Positions 18,813 through 26,989 are shown, counted from the stretch's first letter. The stretch is 64,000 nucleotides of DNA from Hyphomicrobiales bacterium (GCA_003241815.1 QBLV01000014.1:19453-83452), one strand, 5' to 3'. Numbers and translations are program-made. Notes: generated by a model not told the origin, from the sequence alone.

Positions 18813-20552
18813 CTACATGCCGAGGCCGCGATTGCGGCCGAAGCTCCAGTCGACGCCGCCGCCGCCGCGCGAGACGCCGGAGACGTGCTGGCCGAGCTGA
18901 CGTTCGAGAGAGGGCGACCAGGGCACGAGCTGGAAGCCGAGGCCGTCGTCGATCATGGCGAAGCGGCCGGACGCGAGTGCGAAGCGCTGGCGATAGGTGC
19001 CCGCCACATACTCGCCCGTTCCGGCTTTGGAGAATTGGCGACCGGTCTCGGCAGCGAGCTTTTCTCCGAGAGCCTCCACCTCGCGCTGTCTGAGCGTGTC
19101 GATCAGGCCGGGCGAGAAGCTGACACCGCGCGCTTGCCGCTCGCCGAGACCCTGGCCCACAAGATGCTCGGCGCGCTTGTCCAACGCCTCGCGCACTTCT
19201 GCGCCGAACCCGGCGCTACCTAGGGCCAGCGGATTTCTGGCGATCGCCTGTCTGTCGAGCCAAGTGGCGCCGGTGGCATGAATCTGTCGCTCGATGTCGA
19301 GATCTGAGCGGACGGCGAGCGCGACGCGATGATGCCCCTGTGCATCGTTGAACTTGCGCAGCTCCACGATCGAGCCCGGCGCACTATCGCCGGCAGCGTC
19401 GAGATCGGGCAGCTTGATGTGGTGGGTGCGCCCGTCGGTGCCGTCGACCACGGCGTAGGCGGTGCCCTTCAGCTCGTCGTCGAGACCGCGATCGACCAGT
19501 CGGCCGACGACAGGATCGTTGATGCTCTCGCCGGCTAGCACATAGCTGGCGGCACCGCGCTCGATACCGCGTTCCGTCAGGCCGCGATGAATGCGCTTGA
19601 TGATGTCTCCACGTTCGCCGAGCTCGCGCAGCGTAGCCTCGGCATTCTCGGACACGACCCATTGGCCGGGGCCGACCAGATCAGCGAGACCGAGCGTCTC
19701 GAGCTTCCGCAGCCGGCCGACTTTCATCGCGTGGAATTCGTCCGGCTGGCGGTCGGGGTGCGGGGCAAGATCGACGACGCCGGTGCGATAGGCATCGCGG
19801 GCAAGCTGGCGGTCGAGGTTGGTCCAGCGCTCAGCCTCGATCTGGCGTTCGAGGTTTCGGCGGATCTCGTGATCGGTGCGCGGCCCGAGCTCCTGGGTGA
19901 CTAGATCCTGCGCGCGGGCGCGCATGCCTTCCTTGATGTAGTCGCGGGAGATGACGAGGTCCTGGCCATCATCGGTGCGTCCGCGCAGGATGATATGGAC
20001 GTGGGGATTGTCGGTGTTCCAGTGATCGACGCCGACCCAGTCGAGCTTGGTGCCGAGGTCCTTCTCCATCTGCCCCATCAGGTCGCGGGCATAGGTCTTG
20101 AGGTCGGACATCTCCGTCGCGTCCTCGGGTGAGACGATGAACCGGAAATGATGCCGGTCGTCCTGGGTTCGCTCGGCGAACGCCTTCGGATCGGCATCGT
20201 CGGTCTCGGGACCGAATAGCCGTGCATTCTCTCCATCGCGCGTCACGCCCTCGCGCTTGAGGTAGCTGAGGTGCGCGCTGAGCGGCGCGGCCCGAGCGCC
20301 ATGGCGGACGACGCGAGTCTTGATGACCGTGTTGCGCGATCGGCTCGTGAGCAGCCGGTTGGCCTGGACGGTCGCGCGCTGGCCGCGCCCGAAGCGCGAC
20401 CGGTTGCCCGAGCTGATCTTGCCGGAGCGCGAGACGCTGCCGCCGGCGCGCTGCGCGGCCGCCAACGCCTGCGCGATGAAGGGCCGCGCCTGCTGCGCCC
20501 GGGTCGAGCGGATGCGGCCTGGCCGGATGCGGAAATCGTCTTCGCCGCTCAT
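18813..20552 (-). CDS. Conjugative relaxase (MobA/VirD2-type N-terminus with a long C-terminal domain)
   Basis: Preferred start is MSGEDDFRIRPGRIRS. It has the HxDxxxPHVH-type 3-His motif (VDHWNTDNPHVHIILRG). The ORF-track 5' extension to 20690 lacks similarity and runs into the intergenic region. Confidence 0.88.
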   Translation of the reverse strand: MSGEDDFRIRPGRIRSTRAQQARPFIAQALAAAQRAGGSVSRSGKISSGNRSRFGRGQRATVQANRLLTSRSRNTVIKTRVVRHGARAAPLSAHLSYLKREGVTRDGENARLFGPETDDADPKAFAERTQDDRHHFRFIVSPEDATEMSDLKTYARDLMGQMEKDLGTKLDWVGVDHWNTDNPHVHIILRGRTDDGQDLVISRDYIKEGMRARAQDLVTQELGPRTDHEIRRNLERQIEAERWTNLDRQLARDAYRTGVVDLAPHPDRQPDEFHAMKVGRLRKLETLGLADLVGPGQWVVSENAEATLRELGERGDIIKRIHRGLTERGIERGAASYVLAGESINDPVVGRLVDRGLDDELKGTAYAVVDGTDGRTHHIKLPDLDAAGDSAPGSIVELRKFNDAQGHHRVALAVRSDLDIERQIHATGATWLDRQAIARNPLALGSAGFGAEVREALDKRAEHLVGQGLGERQARGVSFSPGLIDTLRQREVEALGEKLAAETGRQFSKAGTGEYVAGTYRQRFALASGRFAMIDDGLGFQLVPWSPSLERQLGQHVSGVSRGGGGVDWSFGRNRGLGM

Positions 20553-20570
20553 GGCCGAAGTCCCGCACAT

Positions 20571-20600
20571 CGCGCGATCGCGCGGATATCCTTGGCGAAA
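20571..20600 (+). promoter_or_regulatory. Candidate oriT core: 14-bp perfect palindrome CGCGCGATCGCGCG followed by a GATATCCTTGG nick-region-like sequence
   Basis: Read directly from the sequence, 19-48 bp upstream of the relaxase start. ATCCT(T/G) resembles the YATCCTG nick cores of P-type and Ti systems. GGATATCC is itself palindromic, so the strand assignment is tentative. Confidence 0.35.
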
Positions 20601-20796
20601 TGACTGATGCGCAGGCTGCTCCCATCGAGCGCACCGCGCGCCAGTGCCCCATAAGTCTCTGAAAAAACACGACCGCACCAAGCCGCACATCGCCGGCTTT
20701 TATCTCGCCATCGTGCGGTTGTGCTGTCGGCTTCTCCTCTCCAGACCGCCCTTAGTCCGCCAGAACACGCCACAATGCGAAGGGGTGCGAACGCGG

Positions 20797-21558
20797 TCAT
20801 CGCGGGCCACCGGAGACGCTGCGGGCAACGAAAAGGCCATCGGTGCGCGAAGCCACCGCATCTTGACTGCGCTCCGGGGCCGCCGCCGTGGTGGCGTCTG
20901 ACTCGCCCTCAGAATGCAACGGCACGGCAGGCCCACTGCCAGCCGACTGCACGACGAAGAGCGGCGCTCGCGTCCAAGCGAGCGGATCAGCGGCCGCCAC
21001 CGTGACGGGGCTGGTGAGTTCACCGCCACCGACCAGAGGCGCGAGCGTCGCGACATAGGCACGCGTTTCGGCAGGCAATGGGCGGCCAGCGAGATACTCT
21101 TCGTAGCGGCCCGGACCGGCGTTGTAGGCCGCCAGGAAGCCGGGCGATCCATAGCGATCGTGCATCTCGCGCAGATACGCAGCGCCCGCCAGGATGTTGT
21201 CGCGCGGATCGTAGGGATTGCTGCCGAGCCGGTGGCGGATGCGCAAGTCAGCCCAAGTGGCGGGCATGACCTGCATCAGGCCCATCGCGCCGGCCGACGA
21301 GATGGCGCGCACGTCGCCAGCGCTTTCGACGCGCATCACGGCGCGGATCCAAGCCTCGGGAACGCCGAACCGCTGCGCCGCCTCGGCGATAAAGGCGCCA
21401 TAGGGATCGCTGCGTGGCGGCCGCTCGACCTGCGTCTGCTGGGCGTGGGCAGTGCTCACGGCCGGCGCAGCGAGGACCAGGCCGGCAAGGAGAAGGAGGG
21501 CTGCACGTCGGAGGGTGATCCTCCCTCCGACGACAGACTGATGGCGCGCGATGGTCAC
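20797..21558 (-). CDS. Lytic transglycosylase (SLT domain), T4SS-associated
   Basis: 253 aa with a signal peptide and SLT motifs (VMRVESAGD...AGAMGLMQVMP...AGAAYL). Confidence 0.85.
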   Translation of the reverse strand: MTIARHQSVVGGRITLRRAALLLLAGLVLAAPAVSTAHAQQTQVERPPRSDPYGAFIAEAAQRFGVPEAWIRAVMRVESAGDVRAISSAGAMGLMQVMPATWADLRIRHRLGSNPYDPRDNILAGAAYLREMHDRYGSPGFLAAYNAGPGRYEEYLAGRPLPAETRAYVATLAPLVGGGELTSPVTVAAADPLAWTRAPLFVVQSAGSGPAVPLHSEGESDATTAAAPERSQDAVASRTDGLFVARSVSGGPR

Positions 21559-21561
21559 CGT

Positions 21562-21909
21562 TCAGTCCCGCTCGCCGCGCTTCGGCGGGCGATTCCAATG
21601 CAGCCCCCAGGTGGACTTGTCGTCCGCAGACAGGAACAGATTGGCGCGGATCGGATGGGCGAAGGTCGGATCGTCGAGTTGCAGCGAGACATACTCGCCG
21701 GCCTTCTCGCCGGTGCGCTTCCATCCCGCGCCGATCTCCGCGCCGGTCTCGTTGCTCATGGTGTCGAGCACATGGACGCGGAAGTCGGGTGCGTTTTCCG
21801 CATCTGATGGCTCGGCCGCGACGATGATGATGTCCTGATGCAAGGACAGCGTCGTGAGGTGGCCGATGAAGCCATCGTTCTCGCGCGCAAATTGACCGAT
21901 TACGGGCAT
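21562..21909 (-). CDS. DUF736-family protein (copy 1)
   Basis: 115 aa: MPVIGQFARENDGFIGHLTTLSL...YVSLQLDDPTFAHPIRANLF. Paralogous to 27114-27440. Confidence 0.85.
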   Translation of the reverse strand: MPVIGQFARENDGFIGHLTTLSLHQDIIIVAAEPSDAENAPDFRVHVLDTMSNETGAEIGAGWKRTGEKAGEYVSLQLDDPTFAHPIRANLFLSADDKSTWGLHWNRPPKRGERD

Positions 21910-21955
21910 TGGTCGTCTCCTTCAGATCGCGGTGGACAGGGTCATGGGCGCGCCG

Positions 21956-22501
21956 TCACCGCGTCGGCGCGCGCCAAACGAAGCGGCCGTCGCCGTCCTC
22001 GTCGGTGTAGAGAGGGGTGGCTCGGCCGATTACGGTGGAGGCCGGAAGAGGGCCGAAGTAGCGGCCGTCGAGGCTGTCGCGGACCTGCCAGTTCATCAGG
22101 AACAGTTCGCCGGCCGCGACCAGTCGGCAGCCCTGCCAGACGGGGAGCGGGCGGCCGTGACGATCGCGATCGCGCGCGTCGCCCATCGGCACGCCGTCGA
22201 CCGTGAGGGCAAGCCCGGTCCGGCAGACCCGCTGTCCCGGTAACGCGGCGACGCGCTTCAACAGCGGCACGCCGCGCGGGAGGTAGCCGCCATCGGACAG
22301 GAAGGTTGCGAGCGGCTCGGGCGCGTCGACGGCCACCAGATCGGTCACGTCGAGGCCGCCTGCATCGCCGATCGTGTAGAAGCCGACCGGCGTGCTGGCG
22401 GACGCGTTCCAGATCAGGCGCGGCGCGAACGAAGCGATCGAGGCGAAGCCGAGAAGGGACACGGCCGCCGTCGTGACGATGGCGTAGGAGAGCCGGGTCA
22501 T
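21956..22501 (-). CDS. traF: S26-family signal peptidase, conjugative TraF type
   Basis: 181 aa with an N-terminal TM, and SASTPVGFY and NSLDGRYFGP-like S26 motifs. 4-bp overlap with the upstream gene. Confidence 0.8.
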   Translation of the reverse strand: MTRLSYAIVTTAAVSLLGFASIASFAPRLIWNASASTPVGFYTIGDAGGLDVTDLVAVDAPEPLATFLSDGGYLPRGVPLLKRVAALPGQRVCRTGLALTVDGVPMGDARDRDRHGRPLPVWQGCRLVAAGELFLMNWQVRDSLDGRYFGPLPASTVIGRATPLYTDEDGDGRFVWRAPTR

Positions 22502-23019
22502 GCGCCGATCTCCCGGCGCAGCAGGAAGGCGCGGTGCTGGCGCGGACCATAAGCGCGCGGCGCTTCGCCGACCGTCAGACGGTTATGGACGTGACGCCAA
22601 TGGTCCGGCGAGACCTCGATCGGGTCGATGCCGCGCGCCTCGATGGCATCGACGACCTGGAGCACGCGCTCCACCTTCGGCCAGCCATCGACATGCAGCA
22701 GAACCTCTGCGCCGGGCGTCACCGTCGCGACGGTCTGGCAGGGCGCGCCACGCTCGACCGTTCGCAGGATGTCGAGCCGCGACAGCACGGTGCCGTGCTC
22801 GTTCGCCGCCCAACGCACCAGCGCGAAAACGCTGCCGGGAAGGAAGAAGAGGATGCGGCGGCGGCGATCGAGGATCTGCTCGCGCCGCTCGCGGCCAAAG
22901 CGAATCCAGTGCTCCGTCTGCTTCTCGATCCAGACGAGTTCGACCTGGGTGAGCGCTTCGGGCGGCGGCTCGGCGGTAGCACCGCCGGCGCGCATTGGCG
23001 CGGCGACAAGGCCGGTCAT
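22498..23019 (-). CDS. DUF2840-like conserved ICE protein
   Basis: 173 aa starting at MTGLVAAPMRAGG, with ATGA overlap onto the RHH gene stop. The order parA, small RHH, this gene, traF matches related elements. The family name is from memory. Confidence 0.65.
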   Translation of the reverse strand: MTGLVAAPMRAGGATAEPPPEALTQVELVWIEKQTEHWIRFGRERREQILDRRRRILFFLPGSVFALVRWAANEHGTVLSRLDILRTVERGAPCQTVATVTPGAEVLLHVDGWPKVERVLQVVDAIEARGIDPIEVSPDHWRHVHNRLTVGEAPRAYGPRQHRAFLLRREIGA

Positions 23020-23270
23020 TGTCCTTCTCCTGACGGGGGTGGGAATTCGCGCTCGAACAGCGCGCGCAACATGTCGGCGACCGTTTGGCCGCGCTGAAAG
23101 GCGGCGATCTTGATGCGACCGCGCATGTCGGTGGTGACGTCGATCGTCAGCCGGGCCGAGTAATCCTCGGCCGCCTGGCCGCGGGCGGCGTGGCGGTCGG
23201 GCGCCTTGATCCAGTCTTCGGGATCGGCGGGACGGGCCGCAAAGCTGCGCTTCGGGGACCGTTCGCTCAT
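23016..23270 (-). CDS. Small ribbon-helix-helix partition/centromere-binding-like protein (ParG-like)
   Basis: 84 aa from MSERSPKRSF..., C-terminal RLTIDVTTDMRGRIKIAAFQRGQTVADMLRALF (RHH). Its start overlaps the parA stop. Confidence 0.6.
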   Translation of the reverse strand: MSERSPKRSFAARPADPEDWIKAPDRHAARGQAAEDYSARLTIDVTTDMRGRIKIAAFQRGQTVADMLRALFEREFPPPSGEGQ

Positions 23271-23905
23271 GCGCCGATCCTCGCGACTTCCGCCGCGAGC
23301 GCAGCGATCTCGCGCGCGCCGGGGCAATCCTCGTCCTGCTCGGCAGCGAGCCGGCCGGTCTGCACGACATCCGCGAAGACGATGCGTTGGCCGATCGTGG
23401 TCGAGAGCAAGGGCGGGTCGTGGTCTGCCAGTGTCTCGGCAGTCTCGCGCGCCAAGACCGTGCGCGCCGCGCAGCGGTTGAGCACGAAGCGGGCGGCGAG
23501 CTGCGGGCGATAGATGCGCGCCTCGCCGAGCAGCGCGAGCATCTCGGCCGAGGCCCAGCCATCGAGCGGCGACGGCTGCACCGGGATCAGCACGAGGTCG
23601 GCCGCGAGCAGTGCCGAGCGCATGAGGCCGGCGACGCGCGGCGGGCCGTCGATGACGACATGGTCGGCGTCGCGGGCCAGCTCCGGCGCTTCACGGTGCA
23701 GCGTGTCGCGGGCCAGGCCGACGACACCGAACAACCGCTCCAGCCCCTCCCGGCTACGCTGCTGGGACCAGTCGAGCGCCGAGCCCTGCGGATCGGCGTC
23801 AATCAGCGTGACGCGCTGTCCACGGCGAGCCCATTCGCCGGCGAGGTGAAGGGCAAGCGTCGTCTTGCCGACGCCGCCCTTCTGGTTGAGCAGCGCGACG
23901 ATCAT
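23267..23905 (-). CDS. parA: ParA-family partition ATPase
   Basis: 212 aa with the deviant Walker A NQKGGVGKTT and the DADPQGS motif. Confidence 0.9.
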   Translation of the reverse strand: MIVALLNQKGGVGKTTLALHLAGEWARRGQRVTLIDADPQGSALDWSQQRSREGLERLFGVVGLARDTLHREAPELARDADHVVIDGPPRVAGLMRSALLAADLVLIPVQPSPLDGWASAEMLALLGEARIYRPQLAARFVLNRCAARTVLARETAETLADHDPPLLSTTIGQRIVFADVVQTGRLAAEQDEDCPGAREIAALAAEVARIGA

Positions 23906-24040
23906 GACGGTCTCCCGGCGATCGGGGACTCGTCCACAGCGGCCGAAAACGGCGGTCGCGTTAGAAAGATTCCGTAGGAATCTAGGTTAGATAAGTTACG
24001 GGGCTCGCAAGCTGCTGATTCAGCGCGAGGAATCGACGAT

Positions 24041-24109
24041 TCCGGTCCCCGATAGCACGAGAGTCCGGTCCCCGATGGCACGATAGTGCCAGTCCCTGAT
24101 AGCACGAGA
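24041..24109. repeat. Three tandem ~22-bp direct repeats (iteron or centromere-like) between repA and parA
   Basis: TCCGGTCCCCGATAGCACGAGA (24041-24062), TCCGGTCCCCGATGGCACGATA (24064-24085) and CCAGTCCCTGATAGCACGAGA (24089-24109). Period is about 23 bp. Confidence 0.7.
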
Positions 24110-24113
24110 CGAT

Positions 24114-25001
24114 TCACAGCTTATCCCCAGGGCGAGTTGTCGATCGGCGACGGCGGCGCGGGATGCCGAGCGCGTCGGGATCGGTCGGCACAAAGGACAG
24201 GATTTCCGGACCGCCGAGGCACTGCTCGATGGTCAGCCGGTAGCCGGGCAGCGGTTGGCGGCGAACGATGTCGCGCAGGTCGTAGGCGAAGTGCTTGAGC
24301 GGCGAGAGGCTGCCGGACTTGGCGTGGAGGTGCGGAAAATCGAAGCTCCAGCCGAACTCCTGTTTGCCGCCATGCTTGCGCACGAGGCGATAGAGCCAGC
24401 GCTCCAGCCCGCCCGTCAGACCGAAATAGTTGCGGTCGATGGTAAGCACGAGCGCGTCGTCGAGCACCGCGCCGTAGAACCAGTCGGGGACGATCAGCTC
24501 GAGGCCGAGCGGCCGGCCGCGATGGTCGGCGCGCTCCTTCCATTCGTTGATCCAGGAGAAGCGGTGCATCCGCCGTTCGGTCGGCTGGCGGATCGAGGTC
24601 GCCACCGTGGTCGATTGAAGGCGGTCGAGTGCGGCCTTCAGACGGTCGTAGTCGCGAAGCGACACGCCGCGACCGATGAAGTTGAGGATTTCGTACGGGG
24701 TTGTCGCCATCAGCCGCGACGGCCGCAGACCGACGTCGCGCGCCTCGACGATTTGCGAGGCAGCCCAGATCAGGACGTCGGCGTCCCAGATTGTGGCCAT
24801 GCCGTGCTCGGGCACGGCTTCGACGCGGATCTTCACCGAGCCGGCCTTGAAGTCGATCGGCGCGAGGCGCTTCGACTTCGCGAGCGAGAAGAAGGGGTAG
24901 GCCATGAGGTCCTGCGCATCGCGCGGCGCGAGATCGCCGGGCAGCGCCCGGAACAGATCGAGCTGCGCGCGCTCATCGTGATGGTTGTGGCGAGACAACA
25001 C
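24114..25001 (-). CDS. repA: Replication initiator protein A (RepA family)
   Basis: 295 aa with DLFRALPGDLAPRDAQDLMAYPFFSLAKSKR..., characteristic of the replication initiator A family found in ICEs and plasmids. Confidence 0.85.
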   Translation of the reverse strand: MLSRHNHHDERAQLDLFRALPGDLAPRDAQDLMAYPFFSLAKSKRLAPIDFKAGSVKIRVEAVPEHGMATIWDADVLIWAASQIVEARDVGLRPSRLMATTPYEILNFIGRGVSLRDYDRLKAALDRLQSTTVATSIRQPTERRMHRFSWINEWKERADHRGRPLGLELIVPDWFYGAVLDDALVLTIDRNYFGLTGGLERWLYRLVRKHGGKQEFGWSFDFPHLHAKSGSLSPLKHFAYDLRDIVRRQPLPGYRLTIEQCLGGPEILSFVPTDPDALGIPRRRRRSTTRPGDKL

Positions 25002-25012
25002 GGCCGGTTGCC

Positions 25013-25294
25013 TCAGCGTGGGAAGCGGCCGGCAGCGGCGGGCGAAGCTGCCTGGCGCTTGGCCGGCAAAACGGTGCCGCCGCGCGGATCGGAAGTAGAG
25101 GTGACGAGACCGCGATCCGCCCAGGCCTGGAGGTCGTCGACGGAATAGACCACGCGACCGCCGAGCTTCCGATACGTCGGACCGGTGCCGTAAGTGCGAT
25201 GCTTTTCGAGGGTGCGCTCTGAAAGACCGAGAAAGCGGGCGGCTTCCTGGGTTCTCAAGTATCGTGTCGGTAGATTGGCGGCGTTTTCGGCCAT
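25013..25294 (-). CDS. Helix-turn-helix DNA-binding protein, excisionase/AlpA-like
   Basis: 93 aa: YLRTQEAARFLGLSERTLEKHRTYGTGPTYRKLGGRVVYSVDDLQAWA is an MerR/excisionase-type winged HTH. Confidence 0.8.
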   Translation of the reverse strand: MAENAANLPTRYLRTQEAARFLGLSERTLEKHRTYGTGPTYRKLGGRVVYSVDDLQAWADRGLVTSTSDPRGGTVLPAKRQAASPAAAGRFPR

Positions 25295-25420
25295 GATAGG
25301 ACCTCCGTGGTCTCGCGGGCGGCCGCTGAAAGGGAGCGGCGGGTTGCGAGCACGGTGGCGAGGCGTCGGCGCCTGCGACAGAAACGAAGTTAGATAGTTA
25401 TTTTCGACACCAAGGCCGCT

Positions 25421-26035
25421 TCAGCGAGAGCGTCTGGGGCGACGGAGAATGTTGCGGTATCCGCCGCGCACGAATGCCATGCCGTCCCTGGCGAGCCGGA
25501 TCGTGGTTTCGCGAATAGGGCTTTCGATCCACGTCTTTGCGTCGTGCTTGATGTTGGGAAAGAGCTGTTCCGCAATCTGCCGGTAAGTCGCCCCTAGCTC
25601 GCGCGCGTCAACGGCGCGCAACATCTGGCGCGCGCGTCCGCGCCTCTGCCGTGTAATGCGCGGATCGGGCGGAACTCGTTTGCCGAACATCGCATGCCAA
25701 AGTCGTTCGATAGCGGTGAGGCGGTCTGGCGTCATTTCGTCGAAGATGACAAATGCACCAAGAGGGCGCGTGTCTGGCGCATCCGCTATGGCGACGTCGT
25801 AGAGCTCGCCGTGCAGAGTGAGGCGAAGCACGGTCTCATCAAGCTCGATAATGGAGTGCGCGTGAAGCGTCTCAGCGCTAACGCGGAGGCTTCCTGCAGG
25901 GCTTGGCCCGGCGATGAACGGAAGCGTCGCGGGGTCTATTTCCGGGGTCCAGAAGACCGGCTGAATAAGCGCCGAATGCTGAGGATCTACGACGAAATCG
26001 CAACCCCCATTGTTCGGCGAATTCGCGGGCGACAT
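25421..26035 (-). CDS. DUF2285-domain segment of an FseA-like transfer activator (downstream frame)
   Basis: Sequence ...ALIQPVFWTPEIDP... and C-terminal ATYRQIAEQLF...W...TTIRLARDG..FVRGGYRNIL. It overlaps the DUF6499 ORF in the +1 frame. Confidence 0.8.
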   Translation of the reverse strand: MSPANSPNNGGCDFVVDPQHSALIQPVFWTPEIDPATLPFIAGPSPAGSLRVSAETLHAHSIIELDETVLRLTLHGELYDVAIADAPDTRPLGAFVIFDEMTPDRLTAIERLWHAMFGKRVPPDPRITRQRRGRARQMLRAVDARELGATYRQIAEQLFPNIKHDAKTWIESPIRETTIRLARDGMAFVRGGYRNILRRPRRSR

Positions 26036-26186
26036 CCTCTGTCAACCGCCCGATAGCGACCAACTCCCGATACGACTTTCTGTAATCGGGATTTCGGCGC
26101 AGGAACTCCCAGGCAAGATCGCCCGGAGTCAATTTGTCGATATAGTCATAGGCGGCATCAGACCGCCAACTCTCATCCTCGGACAT
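25878..26186 (-). CDS. DUF6499-domain segment of an FseA-like transfer activator (upstream frame); the tail after WGLRF is probably not translated
   Basis: MSEDESWRSDAAYDYIDKLTPGDLAWEFLRRNPDYRKSYREL...EQWGLRF, followed by an Arg/Ser-rich nonsense tail. Confidence 0.75.
   Translation of the reverse strand: MSEDESWRSDAAYDYIDKLTPGDLAWEFLRRNPDYRKSYRELVAIGRLTEDVAREFAEQWGLRFRRRSSAFGAYSAGLLDPGNRPRDASVHRRAKPCRKPPR
25990..26000 (-). promoter_or_regulatory. Candidate +1 programmed ribosomal frameshift site (CGA UUU C GUC) joining the DUF6499 and DUF2285 frames
   Basis: Minus-strand reading: tgg ggg ttg cga ttt c gtc gta gat cct gives ..WGLRF then VVDPQ.. after skipping one C. tRNA-Phe could re-pair from UUU to UUC. 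Confidence 0.5.
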
Positions 26187-26304
26187 CCTCCGCGACCTCC
26201 GCGCACTGTTTTACAACGCGAGTTATGCGGCGGATACGATTCCCGGTTGAATGGATGGCGGGAAGAACCGAGTCGCCATTACGTGATGCGGATTGTGCAT
26301 CACC

Positions 26305-26649
26305 TCAGTGCAAGCGGCCTTGTAGAAGTTGGCAAAAGCCGCTGGTCGTCATCCATTTCGCGCGATCGAGATGGTTCGTGTAGATGCGCAGAGCGCGTTC
26401 AGGATCCGCTTTCGCGTCGAGACCGAAGAGAACTTCGACGACTTCGCGCCAGTCTGCGCTTGCCGCGTCCGCGTCGAGCAGGCGGGCGTATAGTTTGAGG
26501 TGCGCCTCGTCATAGGCGGTCAGTGCGGCCCCCGCCGGCGGCTGATCCAGGAAATCGTCTTTCGTCACCACATCCCCCGGTCGCGAGATGTATCCAAATT
26601 GGAGGGAATTGTTAACCGTGATTTGATCGGAATGATGACGCAAGCCCAT
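26305..26649 (-). CDS. Small single-domain protein with a DUF2285-like C-terminus (QseM-like antiactivator candidate)
   Basis: 114 aa. The C-terminus DWREVVEVLFGLDAKADPERALRIYTNHLDRAKWMTTSGFCQLL parallels the W/LF/R/GY..LL pattern of the neighbouring DUF2285 domain. Confidence 0.55.
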   Translation of the reverse strand: MGLRHHSDQITVNNSLQFGYISRPGDVVTKDDFLDQPPAGAALTAYDEAHLKLYARLLDADAASADWREVVEVLFGLDAKADPERALRIYTNHLDRAKWMTTSGFCQLLQGRLH

Positions 26650-26688
26650 GATGCGAGAAGGCGTGGCGACGCCGCGACCTGTCGAACC

Positions 26689-26931
26689 TCAGGCTTCCTT
26701 CTTCCCCTCAACGAGCAGCACTCCCTTGCCCTGATCGGAACTCAGGAAGACGATGCCAGCGCGTTCGAACGCCCGTCTCACCTCATCACGCGTGCTCTCA
26801 TAGACCTCCAGGCCACTGGAGGATTCGAGGCGCTTGAGCGCGGTCAATGATACTCGGGCCTTGTCAGCGAGCGTCTCCTGCGTCCAGCCCAGCAACGCGC
26901 GTGCGGCCCGTGATTGTCGGGCGGTGATCAT
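26689..26931 (-). CDS. XRE-family helix-turn-helix regulator (QseC-like position)
   Basis: 80 aa: ARQSRAARALLGWTQETLADKARVSLTALKRLE is an XRE HTH. GGAGGTG lies 9 nt upstream of the ATG. Confidence 0.85.
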   Translation of the reverse strand: MITARQSRAARALLGWTQETLADKARVSLTALKRLESSSGLEVYESTRDEVRRAFERAGIVFLSSDQGKGVLLVEGKKEA

Positions 26932-26940
26932 GCATGATCA
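26925..26940. promoter_or_regulatory. Perfect 16-bp palindrome TGATCATGCATGATCA overlapping the XRE start codon
   Basis: Read directly from the sequence. It covers the ATG (26929-26931) and the spacer to the SD. Confidence 0.5.
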
Positions 26941-26974
26941 CCTCCCACTCGGACCTACGCGCACGCCAGAACTA

Positions 26975-26989
26975 CGACTATAATAGTCG
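26975..26989. promoter_or_regulatory. Operator-like palindrome CGACTAT-A-ATAGTCG (copy a), contains TATAAT
   Basis: Perfect 7+1+7 inverted repeat, 44 bp upstream of the XRE gene start. Related copies lie at 43061-43075 and 45788-45802. Confidence 0.55.

Noticed and set aside
22498-23562. Full 354-aa version of the ORF upstream of traF
   Set aside because: The N-terminal 181 aa are Arg/Pro/Ser-rich and run through the RHH and parA genes. An internal ATG at 23019 with ATGA coupling gives a sensible 173-aa protein. The same logic trimmed trbL (7322), trbJ (8404), trbC (11804), TrbK-alt (7965), the relaxase (20690), the Toprim gene (32440), dnaE2 (55478), imuB (56902) and others.
23902-24117. 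71-aa minus-strand ORF between repA and parA
   Set aside because: It is composed largely of the three direct repeats, so it is better explained as a non-coding iteron/centromere region.
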